From Candidatus Spongiisociaceae bacterium (GTDB taxonomy: Bacteria > Actinomycetota > Acidimicrobiia > Spongiisociales > Spongiisociaceae), in assembly GCA_965262915.1 (NCBI GenBank), contig OZ253564.1, positions 3,424,001 through 3,488,000 of the forward strand: a stretch of DNA of 64,000 nucleotides, in the 5' to 3' direction. The position numbers and the translations under genes are program-made. The notes under the pieces were generated by a model, which saw only the letters and a program-made list of their open reading frames with translations, did no database searches and had not been told where the DNA came from. This document shows positions 9,621 through 19,716 of this stretch, piece by piece (position 1 is the stretch's first letter; the number at the start of each line of letters is the position of its first letter).

Positions 9621-10460
9621 ATGATCGTCGACGCCCATACCCATGTAGGTTCCCGTGCGCATTTCAGTCCCAAGTTCGTGGCCGAGATGGTCCGTGCCTG
9701 GGGCGAGATGCGGTGGCCGGAGGACGATCTGGCTGCGCACCGTAAGGCGATGGAACAGGTCGACCGGGCGATAGTGGTGGCGATGGACGCCCCGGCGGTC
9801 GGGATGGTGGTGCCCAACGACTACGTGAGCGAGTACGTCTCGTCCCATCCGGGGAAGCTGATCGGGTTCGCCAGCGTCGATCCCAGCCGGCCCGACGCTC
9901 TGGAGCGGCTCACCTTCGCGGCCGAGGAACTAGGTCTCATGGGCCTCAAGGTGGGGCCCATCTACCAGCACTTCGATCCGACCTCCCCCCAGGCCATCGC
10001 CTTGTTCCGGCGCGCCGAGAAGCTCGGGTTGCCCGTGCTCTGCCACCAGGGCACCACCTTCCTCTCGGACGCTCCGCTGCGCTGGGCCAGGCCGTTCCTG
10101 ATAGATGACGTCGCCCGTGCCTGCCCGGACCTGCGGTTGTTCATCGCCCACCTGGGACATCCGTGGTGCGAGGAGACAATGGCGGTGATACGCAAGCACC
10201 CCAACCTGTACGCGGATGTCTCCGCCCTGCACACCAGGCCGGTCCAGCTGTACATGGCGCTGCGGTCGGCGATGGAATACCGAGTCACAGACAAGCTCCT
10301 GTTCGGTAGCGACTTCCCTTTCGCCACGCCTTCCGGCACCGCGGAAGCGTTGCGCACGGTGAACGACTCGGTAGGCAAGGGCTGGCCGCCGATACCGGCC
10401 AACGTCATCGAGCAGATCATCCTGCGCCCGACACTGCAGTTGCTGGGCCTAGAAGGTTAG
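9621..10460 (+). CDS. Amidohydrolase family protein (Amidohydro_2), paralog of 3676..4566
   Basis: DAHTH, GLKVGPIYQ, HQGTTF, AHLGHPW, GSDFP. Confidence 0.85.
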   Translation: MIVDAHTHVGSRAHFSPKFVAEMVRAWGEMRWPEDDLAAHRKAMEQVDRAIVVAMDAPAVGMVVPNDYVSEYVSSHPGKLIGFASVDPSRPDALERLTFAAEELGLMGLKVGPIYQHFDPTSPQAIALFRRAEKLGLPVLCHQGTTFLSDAPLRWARPFLIDDVARACPDLRLFIAHLGHPWCEETMAVIRKHPNLYADVSALHTRPVQLYMALRSAMEYRVTDKLLFGSDFPFATPSGTAEALRTVNDSVGKGWPPIPANVIEQIILRPTLQLLGLEG

Positions 10461-10468
10461 GAGTCTTT

Positions 10469-11587
10469 ATGAGAATCGAGCGGATACGCACCACGGCGGT
10501 GGCCGTGCCGATGATCGAGGAACGCATCATCGCCGGAGCCAGGGGAACCCACAGCCTCTCTCCCTTCTTGATCGTCGAGGTGGATACCGACGAGGGTCTG
10601 GTCGGCCTCGGCGAAGTGTCCTGCACTCCTCTCTGGAGCGGCGAGGACTCCTCCACCGCTCGCCACGTGATCAGCTCCTACATAGAACCGGCGGTCGTCG
10701 GGTCTGATCCCCGGTCGCCCGAGAGGCTCTATCCGATGATCGACGGCGCCATCGCCGGTCATTACTTCACCAAGGCCGGAGTGGAGATGGCGATGTGGGA
10801 CATTGCCGGGAAGGCAGCCGGGCTTCCGGTTCATCGGCTACTGGGTGGACCGGTCAGGTCTCGCATCCCGACCAAGTTCTCGGTAACGGGTCGAGAGCCG
10901 GCCCACGCCGCCGACGTCGCCTCTTGGGCGGTTGGCCGAGGTTTCCGGGCCATGAAGGTCAAAGTGGGTAGGGGCGGCGTAGCGGCCGACGTCGCGCGGG
11001 TGGCGGCGGTGCGGGCCGCTATCGGTGACGACGTGATCCTCGGCGTGGATGCGAACGGTGGATGGAACCGCGGTGAAGCGATCCAGGCCGGTGGGCAGAT
11101 CGCCTCCTTGGGGGTTTCGTTCATGGAACAGCCGGTACCAGCCCGGGACCTGGCTGGTATGGCCGAAGTACGGCGGCAGGTCAGGATGCCGGTGGTCGCA
11201 GACGAGTCCGCCGGCACACCAGAGGACGCGGCCCAACTGGCCGTGAACGAGTCGTGTGACATCCTGTCCATCTACGTCGGTATGGCCGGCGGAATAGCCG
11301 CCGCACGACGGGTGGCGGCGGTGGCCACCTCCTTCGGTCTCGGGTGGACCATCGGTTCCAACCTGGAACTTGGCATCGCGCTGGCGGCGCATATCCACAT
11401 CGCAGCCTCGACCCCCGGCTTCGATCGACGCGTCCCGGCCGACATCCTCAGCCCCTTCTACTACGAGGGAGACGTGATCGCCGAGCCTCTTGACGTGAGG
11501 GCAGGCGAAGCCGTCGCGCCCGAAGGGCCGGGCCTCGGAGTGCGTCTCGATCGGGAGGCGCTGGAACGCTACCGGAACGCGCGTTGA
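10469..11587 (+). CDS. Mandelate racemase/muconate lactonizing enzyme family, MLE subgroup
   Basis: GLGE, EMAMWD, KVKVG, DAN, EQP, ADE, GPGLG. Confidence 0.9.
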   Translation: MRIERIRTTAVAVPMIEERIIAGARGTHSLSPFLIVEVDTDEGLVGLGEVSCTPLWSGEDSSTARHVISSYIEPAVVGSDPRSPERLYPMIDGAIAGHYFTKAGVEMAMWDIAGKAAGLPVHRLLGGPVRSRIPTKFSVTGREPAHAADVASWAVGRGFRAMKVKVGRGGVAADVARVAAVRAAIGDDVILGVDANGGWNRGEAIQAGGQIASLGVSFMEQPVPARDLAGMAEVRRQVRMPVVADESAGTPEDAAQLAVNESCDILSIYVGMAGGIAAARRVAAVATSFGLGWTIGSNLELGIALAAHIHIAASTPGFDRRVPADILSPFYYEGDVIAEPLDVRAGEAVAPEGPGLGVRLDREALERYRNAR

Positions 11588-11607
11588 TGCCGCTTCGACG
11601 CGGCATC
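11586..11607. other. Intergenic hairpin between the tandem MLE genes
   Basis: GATGCCGC-ttcgac-GCGGCATC, perfect 8-bp stem. Confidence 0.5.
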
Positions 11608-11618
11608 GGAACCGTACC

Positions 11619-12743
11619 TTGCGCATAACCGGCATCACGGCCACACCTGTCGAGGTTCCCCGGCTGGCCCGTTTCCTCCCGAAGACCGCGCACGGGGCAG
11701 TTCGGGCCAGCCGCTACGTCGTGCTCGAGATCGAATGCAGCCCCGGAAGGAGGGGGCTCGGCGAGATCACCTGTGATCCTCTGTGGAACGGGGAGGAAGC
11801 CCTCGAAACGTCCCAGCTCCTGAAAGGTCCTCTGGGAGACGCCCTGCTCGGCGCCGATCCTCTCCAGTGGGCCGATGTATCCGCCCGGATCGACGCGACG
11901 GTCAGCAACCGGCCATTCCTACGGGCGGCCGTCGAGATGGCCTGCCTGGATGTAGCCGGCCGGCACCTCGGGGTACCGGCCCATGCCTTCCTAGGCGGCG
12001 CGTACCGCACGCAGATCGCCACCAAGCTGGTGCTCCCCGCCCGGGATGTCGAGACGGTAAGGGCCATGGCTGCCGACGCGGTCAGCCTGGGGGCCACCAC
12101 CCTTAAGGTAAAGGTCGGGCTGGGAGTCGAAGAGGACCTTGCCCGTGTTGCCGCGGTCCGCTGCGTTGCCGGGCCGAACGTCCGGATCACCGTCGACGCC
12201 AACGAGGGCTGGACGCCCGAGGAGGCAGGAACGGCGTTCGAGCGACTTGCGGCCCTCGGCGTGGTGGCGGTCGAGCAGCCCCTACCGAGAGAAGCCGCCG
12301 GAGCGTCCGCGGCGCTCCTCGCGGCAAACTCGATGGCTGTGATGGGCGACGAGTCGATATGGACGGAGCGGGATGTGGTCGCAGCGGCCCGAAACCGCTC
12401 CTTCGACACGGTCAATCTCTATCCCGGCAAGTGCGGAGGACTTAGGCGAACGATCCAGATGGCGAGTCTGGCCCGGGCCCTCGGGTTGGCCGTCTCCTTC
12501 GGTTCCAACCTCGAACTCGGCGTCGGGGCAGCAGCGATGGCCCAAACTGCGGCGGCGACGAAGGTCCTTAGCCCGATCGTGCCGTCCGACCTCATCGGTC
12601 CGCTCTACTTCGAAGCAACGATGGTCGAGGACGCGGGGTTCGTGGGGTGGCGATCTGCCGTGGTTCCCCCCGGCGCCGGTCTAGGGATCCGGCTCGACCG
12701 TGACGCGCTGGACTCCTACCGGATCCGCGACGAAGCGGACTGA
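11619..12743 (+). CDS. Mandelate racemase/muconate lactonizing enzyme family, MLE subgroup (second copy)
   Basis: GLGE, KVKVG, DANE, EQP, GDES, GSNLE; TTG start. Confidence 0.9.
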   Translation: MRITGITATPVEVPRLARFLPKTAHGAVRASRYVVLEIECSPGRRGLGEITCDPLWNGEEALETSQLLKGPLGDALLGADPLQWADVSARIDATVSNRPFLRAAVEMACLDVAGRHLGVPAHAFLGGAYRTQIATKLVLPARDVETVRAMAADAVSLGATTLKVKVGLGVEEDLARVAAVRCVAGPNVRITVDANEGWTPEEAGTAFERLAALGVVAVEQPLPREAAGASAALLAANSMAVMGDESIWTERDVVAAARNRSFDTVNLYPGKCGGLRRTIQMASLARALGLAVSFGSNLELGVGAAAMAQTAAATKVLSPIVPSDLIGPLYFEATMVEDAGFVGWRSAVVPPGAGLGIRLDRDALDSYRIRDEAD

Positions 12744-12895
12744 CCCGTATCGAACGCCTATGCTTCAGGATGGGTGCTTTGTGATCACTTGATACGTTCG
12801 AGAGACGGGCACCACAATATCCCAACGCAAACGGCTGCGCTGAGCGCAGCCAAATTGACCATGTGGAGATACGACCCTTCACGGAGGAGGACTCG

Positions 12896-14122
12896 ATGAC
12901 GATTCGAGGACGCTTAGTTACCACGCTCTTGGCCCTCGCGCTAGTGGTGGCCGCATGCGGCGAGGACGAGCCGGCACCGACGACGGCAGCTGCCACCACG
13001 GCAGCGCCCACGACGACACCTGCAACGACAGCGGCACCTGCAACGACAGCGGCACCTGCAACGACGGCGATGGCCGAAGCGATGAGCGTATGTGAAGGGG
13101 CAACCCTGAGCTTCATCGGGCTTGACGGAGAAGCCGGTGAGACCGAACTCGAGGCATGGAGAGCGGAAAACGGCGTCGCGCTCGAGACCAACTGGCCGGG
13201 CAGCTGGCCGCAGTTCGTCGCAGCGATCAAGATCGGTGACGTGTACGACCTAGCCACAATCGCCTACCACGTCGGTCCCCGGCACATCGAGGCAGGCCTA
13301 TTCCAGCCGATCGACACTTCCAGGCTGGAGAACTGGGACAAGATGTTCCCCGGACTCAGGGAGAACTCGTCGCTACGGGGTGCGGACGGTCAGGTGTACG
13401 GTGTGCCGATAGCCTGGGGCGACGGGCCTTTCATCTACCATCCCGGGCGGGTACCCAATCCTCCCACCTCGATTAAGGAACTGATGGAGCCCGAGTGGGA
13501 GGGCCGCTTCACGATTTTCGACTCTCCGACCCTGGTGTTCTCGATGCTGGCAGTCGCGAACGGGTTCGATGACGGTATGGGTGATCGTACCAACATCACC
13601 GGTGAGCAGCTCGAGGTTGTGAAGGGACAGGCACTGCAGATCGTTCGTAACGCCTCCGCTTTCGCCAATGGCTACCGCGACGCGACCGATGTCATGGTGG
13701 CGGGCGACTCCGACCTGAATGTCAACGGCTGGGAGGCCATGCTGACATGGGCAGAGGAGCAGGGCGAAACCCTGGACTTCGCCTTCTTCGAGGAGTCCGG
13801 CGGTGGTGGTTGGTGGGACGGGCTCGCCATTCCCGTTACAGCCGACGATGTGGACTGTGCCTACGAGTACATCGACCTGATGATCTCCGATGAGATCAAC
13901 GCCCAGGTGGGCGAGAACCTGGTGTCCGGTGTGGTCAATGCCAACTCGGCAGACATCGCCGGTCCGGGGGCACAGATATACGACTACGACCTGGTGCGGA
14001 CCGACACCTCGGCCGTTTCCTTCCGCAACGCTCAGCCACCTGAGGACGACGAGGCGCCCGAGGGCATCTCCACGATCTCCGACTGGCTGGACGCCTGGGA
14101 GGAGATCAAAGCCGAGGCGTAG
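12896..14122 (+). CDS. Polyamine/amine (PotD/PotF-like) ABC transporter substrate-binding lipoprotein
   Basis: GGAGGAGG RBS, lipobox VAACG, YGVPIAWG, WWDGLAIP, AYEYID. Confidence 0.85.
   Translation: MTIRGRLVTTLLALALVVAACGEDEPAPTTAAATTAAPTTTPATTAAPATTAAPATTAMAEAMSVCEGATLSFIGLDGEAGETELEAWRAENGVALETNWPGSWPQFVAAIKIGDVYDLATIAYHVGPRHIEAGLFQPIDTSRLENWDKMFPGLRENSSLRGADGQVYGVPIAWGDGPFIYHPGRVPNPPTSIKELMEPEWEGRFTIFDSPTLVFSMLAVANGFDDGMGDRTNITGEQLEVVKGQALQIVRNASAFANGYRDATDVMVAGDSDLNVNGWEAMLTWAEEQGETLDFAFFEESGGGGWWDGLAIPVTADDVDCAYEYIDLMISDEINAQVGENLVSGVVNANSADIAGPGAQIYDYDLVRTDTSAVSFRNAQPPEDDEAPEGISTISDWLDAWEEIKAEA
13017..13070 (+). repeat. 3 x 18-bp tandem repeat (CACCTGCAACGACAGCGG) encoding the PATTAA linker of the lipoprotein
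   Basis: Two perfect units and one with two mismatches, in frame. Confidence 0.85.
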
Positions 14123-14157
14123 GGACTGCGCCTAATGGTGTCACCCCTCGGCGTAGG

Positions 14158-15087
14158 ATGACCGACAGCATCTCAACAAAGCGAGGGCCTCGCAGGTGGC
14201 GTTCCCGATCGGGAGCACCCGGCGAGGTCCTCGCCGCGATCGATCGCCGCCGGAGGCTGGCTGCTTGGCTGCAGCTGTTTCCCGGCTCCGCGTATTTCAC
14301 GCTGCTGTTCCTCGTGCCGCTAGGCGGTCTGCTGGCGATGAGCTTCTTCAGGTTGGTGGACTTCGATCCCGTTCCTGCCTTCGTTCTCTCGAACTACGTA
14401 GAGGTGCTGACAACCTCGATTCACGCCCGGCTCGGACTGCGGACCATCCAGGTGGCCGCAGTCCTTACCGTCATCGTTCTGCTGATCAGTTTCCCTTGCG
14501 CCTATGTCCTCAACTTCGTGTTCAGGGCCAAGCGCCAGCTTCTCTACTTTCTGATCCTTGTCAGCCTGTTCGGCGGTTACATCGTCCGGATCTACGCGTG
14601 GCGGAGCATTCTCGGTCGCCAGGGGGTCATCAACCAGACGCTCATGGGGATGGGCTTCATCGAGGAACCGATCCGGTACCTACTCAACAGCATGTTCGCA
14701 GTGGGGGCTTCCCTGGTGAACTTCCTCGTCCCGCTGGGAGTGCTCCCGATCTATGCCGCCATGCAGAACGTGTCTCCTCACGTGATCGAGGCGGCTCGGG
14801 ATCTCGGAGCATCAAGAATCCGGGCAGCGCGCCAGATCGTCCTCCCGCTCTCCATGCGGGGAGTTCGCGCTGCGACAGCGTTCGTGTTCATAGCGACGCT
14901 CGGTGAGTGGGTAACCCCGCGACTCCTTGGTGGAACCAATGACCTTCTGATCGGTAACCGGATCGAGTTCTACTTCGGCCAGAGCCTGGAATGGCCCCAG
15001 GGAGCGGCCCTGGCCATGACCCTGATGGTGGCGATGGGTATCTTCGCGTTCATCATCATCTCGCTGATGAAACGGTTGACGCGATGA
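14158..15087 (+). CDS. Polyamine-type ABC transporter permease (PotB-like)
   Basis: Hydrophobic, VRIYAW, EAARDLGA (EAA motif), TPRLLGG. Confidence 0.9.
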   Translation: MTDSISTKRGPRRWRSRSGAPGEVLAAIDRRRRLAAWLQLFPGSAYFTLLFLVPLGGLLAMSFFRLVDFDPVPAFVLSNYVEVLTTSIHARLGLRTIQVAAVLTVIVLLISFPCAYVLNFVFRAKRQLLYFLILVSLFGGYIVRIYAWRSILGRQGVINQTLMGMGFIEEPIRYLLNSMFAVGASLVNFLVPLGVLPIYAAMQNVSPHVIEAARDLGASRIRAARQIVLPLSMRGVRAATAFVFIATLGEWVTPRLLGGTNDLLIGNRIEFYFGQSLEWPQGAALAMTLMVAMGIFAFIIISLMKRLTR

Positions 15088-15896
15088 CGGCGTTGGGTTG
15101 GCGCCGAACAGTGGTGGGCCTGCGGCGTCGACCCCTAGGATCGGCTGCCTTCATTGTACTAGTGTTCGCTTTCCTGTTCGCGCCCCTGGTAGTCATGGTC
15201 GCGTTCTCCTTCAACTCGTCTCCCCGTCTCAGCTTTCCCTTCGCGGGGGTGTCGATCCGTTGGTATCAGGAGATCTTCACCGACACTCTGGTATTACGGG
15301 CCTTCCGGCGCAGCATCCAAGCCGCGGTGGTCACTGCGGGCATTACCGGCTTCCTCGGACTCCCTGCTGCCTTGGGGATACTGAAAGTCGCAGCCCGGTG
15401 GAGGACGGTCTTTCTGACCACTGCCCTGGGTCCGCTCACCATCCCGGGGCTCCTCTACGCGATCGGGCTGGCGGTCTTCTACCGGCAGATCGGCGTGGGA
15501 CGTTCGATATGGAGCGCCAATCTCGGACATGCTCTCGTGGCACTGCCTTTCGTCTTCTTGATACTCGGGGCCTCTCTCGAACGGTTCCGGTTCGGTCTTC
15601 TGGAGGCAGCGCAGGACCTGGGAGCGACACGCTGGCACGCGTTCAGGACCATCACCCTTCCCCTGATCCTGCCGGCCGTCATAGGGGCCATGCTTCTGGC
15701 GGCGGCGATCTCGGTGGATGACTTCGTCATTGCCTTTTTCACGGCGGGGCAGGACAAGACGCTACCGCTCGTGATGTACGGGAGGGTCCTGAAGGGTATC
15801 GATCCGACCCTGAACGCGATAGGTACAGTGATGCTCATACTCACGACGAGCCTGGCATTCATGGCTGCCAGCAGAACCACGATCGGTGAACGATGA
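15084..15896 (+). CDS. Polyamine-type ABC transporter permease (PotC-like)
   Basis: FSFN, RWY, EAAQDLGA, SVDDF; ATGA overlap. Confidence 0.9.
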   Translation: MTALGWRRTVVGLRRRPLGSAAFIVLVFAFLFAPLVVMVAFSFNSSPRLSFPFAGVSIRWYQEIFTDTLVLRAFRRSIQAAVVTAGITGFLGLPAALGILKVAARWRTVFLTTALGPLTIPGLLYAIGLAVFYRQIGVGRSIWSANLGHALVALPFVFLILGASLERFRFGLLEAAQDLGATRWHAFRTITLPLILPAVIGAMLLAAAISVDDFVIAFFTAGQDKTLPLVMYGRVLKGIDPTLNAIGTVMLILTTSLAFMAASRTTIGER

Positions 15897-17035
15897 CCAG
15901 CGGTTCGGGACAATCCGCACAACCTGCGATCTTCCTGGAAGGGGTTACGAAGCGTTTCGGCAACGTTGTTGCCGTCGACAACGTAACCTTGGCCGTGGAT
16001 GAGGGCGAGTTCTTCTCCCTCCTGGGACCGAGCGGTTGCGGGAAGACCACCCTTCTTAGAATGCTGGCCGGGTTCGAGACGCCGGACGAAGGTTCGGTAT
16101 ACCTCCGCGGAGAGGACGTGACCCTGGTCCAGCCCAACAAGCGGGCCACCAACATGGTCTTCCAGAACTACGAGTTGTTCCCACATATGACCGTGTTCAA
16201 CAACGTCGCCTACGGCCTGAAGCTGAAGCGAACTCCCAAGAACGAGATCGAGCGGCGGGTGGACGAGATGCTGGAGGTAGTGGGAGTCGGTGGTCTGGGC
16301 GCCCGGGCGGCTGACCAACTATCCGGAGGGCAGCAGCAACGCGTGGCCCTGGCGAGGGCCCTCATCAACCGGCCGGCGGTGCTGCTCCTCGACGAACCGC
16401 TCAGCGCGCTGGACGTAAAGCTTCGTAAGCGTATGCAACTCGAACTCAAGTCCATCCAGCACTCCCTCGGGACCACCTTCGTCTACGTGACCCATGACCA
16501 GGAGGAAGCCCTGTTGATGTCGGATCGGGTGGGGATTATGGACCGCGGACGCTTGTTGCAGATCGACGCTCCGCGCGCCATCTACGAACATCCGAGAAAC
16601 GAGTTCGTGGCGGACTTCGTGGGAACCCTTAATGCCTTCGTCATCACCGTGACCCGCTCAGACGGCACCTTCGCAGTGGCAGAGCACGACAATGGCGACC
16701 GGATCGTCGTGATGGCGGGTGACCTTCATGGACCGGGAGACACCCTGCGGGTAGCGGTAAGGCCCGAGCGGATCGTCGTGTCGCCTGTCGGTGAGGGTTG
16801 TGACTCCCAGAAGTTCGACAACAGGGTCTCCGGCCGGGTGCAGGACGTGATCTACATGGGGCCGATCACCCAATACCTGGTTGATACCGGCATGCTGGGT
16901 CGCGTCGTCAGCCAGAGGGTCAGCAACGAGGAGGCCACCTCCATCACGCCCGGTTTGAAAGTAGTCGTGACCTGGGGGGTCGATGCTGCGTTCCCGCTCA
17001 GCGACCGCGACCCCGTCAATTCCCCTGACACCTAG
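15893..17035 (+). CDS. Polyamine-type ABC transporter ATP-binding protein (PotA-like) with TOBE domain
   Basis: [33 protein letters not shown]. Confidence 0.95.
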   Translation: MTSGSGQSAQPAIFLEGVTKRFGNVVAVDNVTLAVDEGEFFSLLGPSGCGKTTLLRMLAGFETPDEGSVYLRGEDVTLVQPNKRATNMVFQNYELFPHMTVFNNVAYGLKLKRTPKNEIERRVDEMLEVVGVGGLGARAADQLSGGQQQRVALARALINRPAVLLLDEPLSALDVKLRKRMQLELKSIQHSLGTTFVYVTHDQEEALLMSDRVGIMDRGRLLQIDAPRAIYEHPRNEFVADFVGTLNAFVITVTRSDGTFAVAEHDNGDRIVVMAGDLHGPGDTLRVAVRPERIVVSPVGEGCDSQKFDNRVSGRVQDVIYMGPITQYLVDTGMLGRVVSQRVSNEEATSITPGLKVVVTWGVDAAFPLSDRDPVNSPDT

Positions 17036-17044
17036 CCAGATACG

Positions 17045-17950
17045 ATGCTCCGCATCACCCGTGACATCGTTTCCTATTTCTACGAAGTCTCGGATTCTCC
17101 TCGGCTCGCTGTCTCGCCCGGTGAAACGGTGGTGTTCGAAACGTGGGACGCCAGGGCAGGTGCATTGCTCGACCGCCCACCGAGCATCCCTTTCGAGCTA
17201 CCCCTACCGACTCCCGGCCGCGGCAACCCTCTGACCGGGCCGCTCGCCGTACGGGGAGCCGATCCGGGTGACGCCCTTGTGGTTCGCATCGAACGTATCG
17301 AGTGCCGATCCCCAGGTTGGTGCGGCGGTCACGCCCATGTCGGACCGTTCCCCATGGGTCGGGTTCCCCGTCCGGTGGGCCGCGTATGCAGGATCGAAGG
17401 CAGTTTGGTTCGGTACTCGGACGATGTGCTTCTGCCGCTCCAACCGATGGTCGGCTGTATCGGCACCGCCGTCCCGGGCGACGCTCCCCAAGCCGGCATT
17501 CCCGGACGACACGGTGGCAATCTCGACCATCCGGTGGTTGCCGAGGGGACCACCGTCATCCTCCCGGTCTTTGCACACAGCGGTCTGCTCTACATTGGCG
17601 ATGTCCACGCTGCGCAGGGTGACGGGGAGTTGTCCGGTGTGGCCGTGGAGATCCCGGCCGAAGTGACCGTGAGCATCGACCTGCTGAAAGGGGTCGGGTT
17701 CCGGTGGCCTTGGGCCGTCACGGCTGGCGCGGTCATGGTCATGACTGCTGATCTCGAGTTCGGGCGGGCCCGCGAGGAAGCGGTAGAAGCAATGATGCGG
17801 GTGCTTGAGTCGCAACTGGGGTTGGAGCCGGCGGATGCCTTGGCGCTGATCTCGGTGGCCGGAAACCTCAGGATCGGGCAAGCCTTCGGAGGGATGGAAA
17901 TGACGCTGCGGCTCGAGATGCCGCGTTCGCTAGGGATCTCTCCGGCCTAG
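17045..17950 (+). CDS. Acetamidase/formamidase family protein
   Basis: NPLTGP, PMVGCIG, HGGNLD, GDVHAAQGDGE. Confidence 0.9.
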   Translation: MLRITRDIVSYFYEVSDSPRLAVSPGETVVFETWDARAGALLDRPPSIPFELPLPTPGRGNPLTGPLAVRGADPGDALVVRIERIECRSPGWCGGHAHVGPFPMGRVPRPVGRVCRIEGSLVRYSDDVLLPLQPMVGCIGTAVPGDAPQAGIPGRHGGNLDHPVVAEGTTVILPVFAHSGLLYIGDVHAAQGDGELSGVAVEIPAEVTVSIDLLKGVGFRWPWAVTAGAVMVMTADLEFGRAREEAVEAMMRVLESQLGLEPADALALISVAGNLRIGQAFGGMEMTLRLEMPRSLGISPA

Positions 17951-18061
17951 GAGGGTGCTGAGAAACCCTGTGCAAAGGGGTTCGCGCGCTAGCCCCCAGC
18001 GCCCTGAGCAGGTAGTTTGCCAACCGGCCAACCCCGCTAGATTCGTTATCGAGCACCCTCC
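17950..18061. mobile_element. 112-bp MITE with terminal inverted repeats GGAGGGTGCT...AGCACCCTCC flanked by TA
   Basis: Perfect 10-bp TIR extending imperfectly to about 17 bp; TA at 17948-17949 and 18062-18063; inserted in the acetamidase TAG stop. Confidence 0.6.
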
Positions 18062-18589
18062 TAATGTCGCGAATCTTTAGTTCGCTGTATGCCAGGACCC
18101 GCGTCAGTCGGTAGTCGTACTGGTACCTGGTGTCCCGAGTCCTTGGTTCGCTACGGTGGGAGACCGACGTCCTCCCACGAAGGGCACGCCCGCCCGCTTA
18201 GATCACTCCCGCGGGGACCGAGCGCGTCGCCACAAGAGGGTTCAGGGTGTCACAGTGCCGTTACCGGTCCGTCTTGCGGTACCGACCGGACCGGGCAGGG
18301 ATCATGTTGCCGGAGCCGACCCCTCATAAGGGATGGCGGGACGCGTTCAGGAACCGAGGAAGTGTTGCTGAACATCAGATCTCCAGTGGTTATGTTATTT
18401 TTGGGTTGGTTGTTACACCGTGTGGTTAACGTAGTAGAGGTTTCGGACGACCGGGGCCGGAGGACGGGACCATGACTCCTGTCAACAATGTCGTGAGCAA
18501 AGGTGACGGTTGCCGGCGGTGCGCTCATCACCGGATGGGCCAGAGCCGCCATCGCTCGTGTAGGGGTGGAGTCGATCAAAGACCCCGAT

Positions 18590-19147
18590 GGAACCATATC
18601 CCGGCTCATGTGGGCTAGCCGGATGGCATCGGACTCGGACACCGCACCCGGATGGATCTTGTAGGCTCGGAATCCGTTATCGACAGCCTCTGCCACCTGC
18701 TCGACCACCAACTCCGTCTGCGTGTGAACAGGAGGAGAGGTGGCGACGACGGGAATCTCCCGGTTGTGTCCCCCTAGCAAGGCGTAGACGGGCACCCCTC
18801 TCGCTTTGGCGACTGCATCCCACAGGGCGATGTCGACGGCCGCCATGGCAGGTTGGAGAGGGAATCCGTGACCGGCCCAGCCGTCCAGTAGGGCCCCAGA
18901 TCTGATCCAGGTCGCTGAGCCGGCAGTCGAGCAGGCGGGGCTTGATCACCTCGGTGACTTGTACCAGACAAGGAGCTAGCTCATCGTCGATCGGACCGAG
19001 CAGGCCGGTAGCTTCAACATCCATGTCGGTCCGCATACGCACCACCCCGTGGTGGATTCGGCCACCGATATGACCACGGTCATCGGCCACCGGAATCGTC
19101 GTGACATCCCACTCGACTATGTCCACTACTAGGTCAAGGATCCGCAC
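18590..19147 (-). pseudogene. Truncated, frameshifted mandelate racemase-family gene remnant
   Basis: The N-terminal ORF (GVVRMRTD..VIKPRLL) joins AAVDIALWDAVAKARGVPVYALLGG...AYKIH after removing one base in the run at 18894-18897; similarity ends before the metal ligands. Confidence 0.75.
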
Positions 19148-19212
19148 CTGCTCCCCCTGGATCACTCGCTAGCGCGGATCCGCCTCTGACAGACATCCGG
19201 CTTCCCGCTTTC

Positions 19213-19716
19213 GTGGTCGGCATCGTGAACCAGGGAGTGCTACTGCACGTAGCTGCGCCCCGCACCATCTACAAACAACCCGCCGACGACTTCGTTGCAG
19301 ACTTCGTCGGGACATTGAACGAACTCACTATCCGTATCGAGAGCGTCGACGGAGAAAGGGGCCTGGTGACCTCCGGAGACCAGGAGAGGATCTGGATAGA
19401 CCTGCCCGGCGGCGGGACCGTCGGAGACATCGTCCGGCTCGCGGTCCGCCCCGAAGCGCTACAGCTCACGCTCGACGGCGAATGGGATAGGACCACCGAC
19501 CTCAGCTACACCAGCGGCACGGTCTCCGATGTCATCTACCTGGGCCCGTTCACGCAATTCCTGATCGAGAGCGATCGGCTGGGACGTCTTGTCAGCCAGC
19601 GGATTAGCGATGCGTCTGCGGCTGCGGTTCGGCCGGGCATGGGGGTCGTCGTCAGCTGGCATCCCGATACCGCATTCATGCTGAGCGGTCCCGCGGCTGC
19701 CGGCGATGATCGCTAG
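19213..19716 (+). pseudogene. 5'-truncated PotA-like ABC ATPase (C-terminal TOBE part only)
   Basis: APRTIYKQPADDFVADFVGTLN, AVRPE, VIYLGP, GRLVSQR parallel the C-terminus of 15893..17035; no Walker motifs. Confidence 0.75.

Noticed and set aside
13017-13070. CRISPR or contingency repeat
   Set aside because: In-frame 18-bp units encoding a lipoprotein linker with no spacers; no CRISPR array or cas gene anywhere in the window
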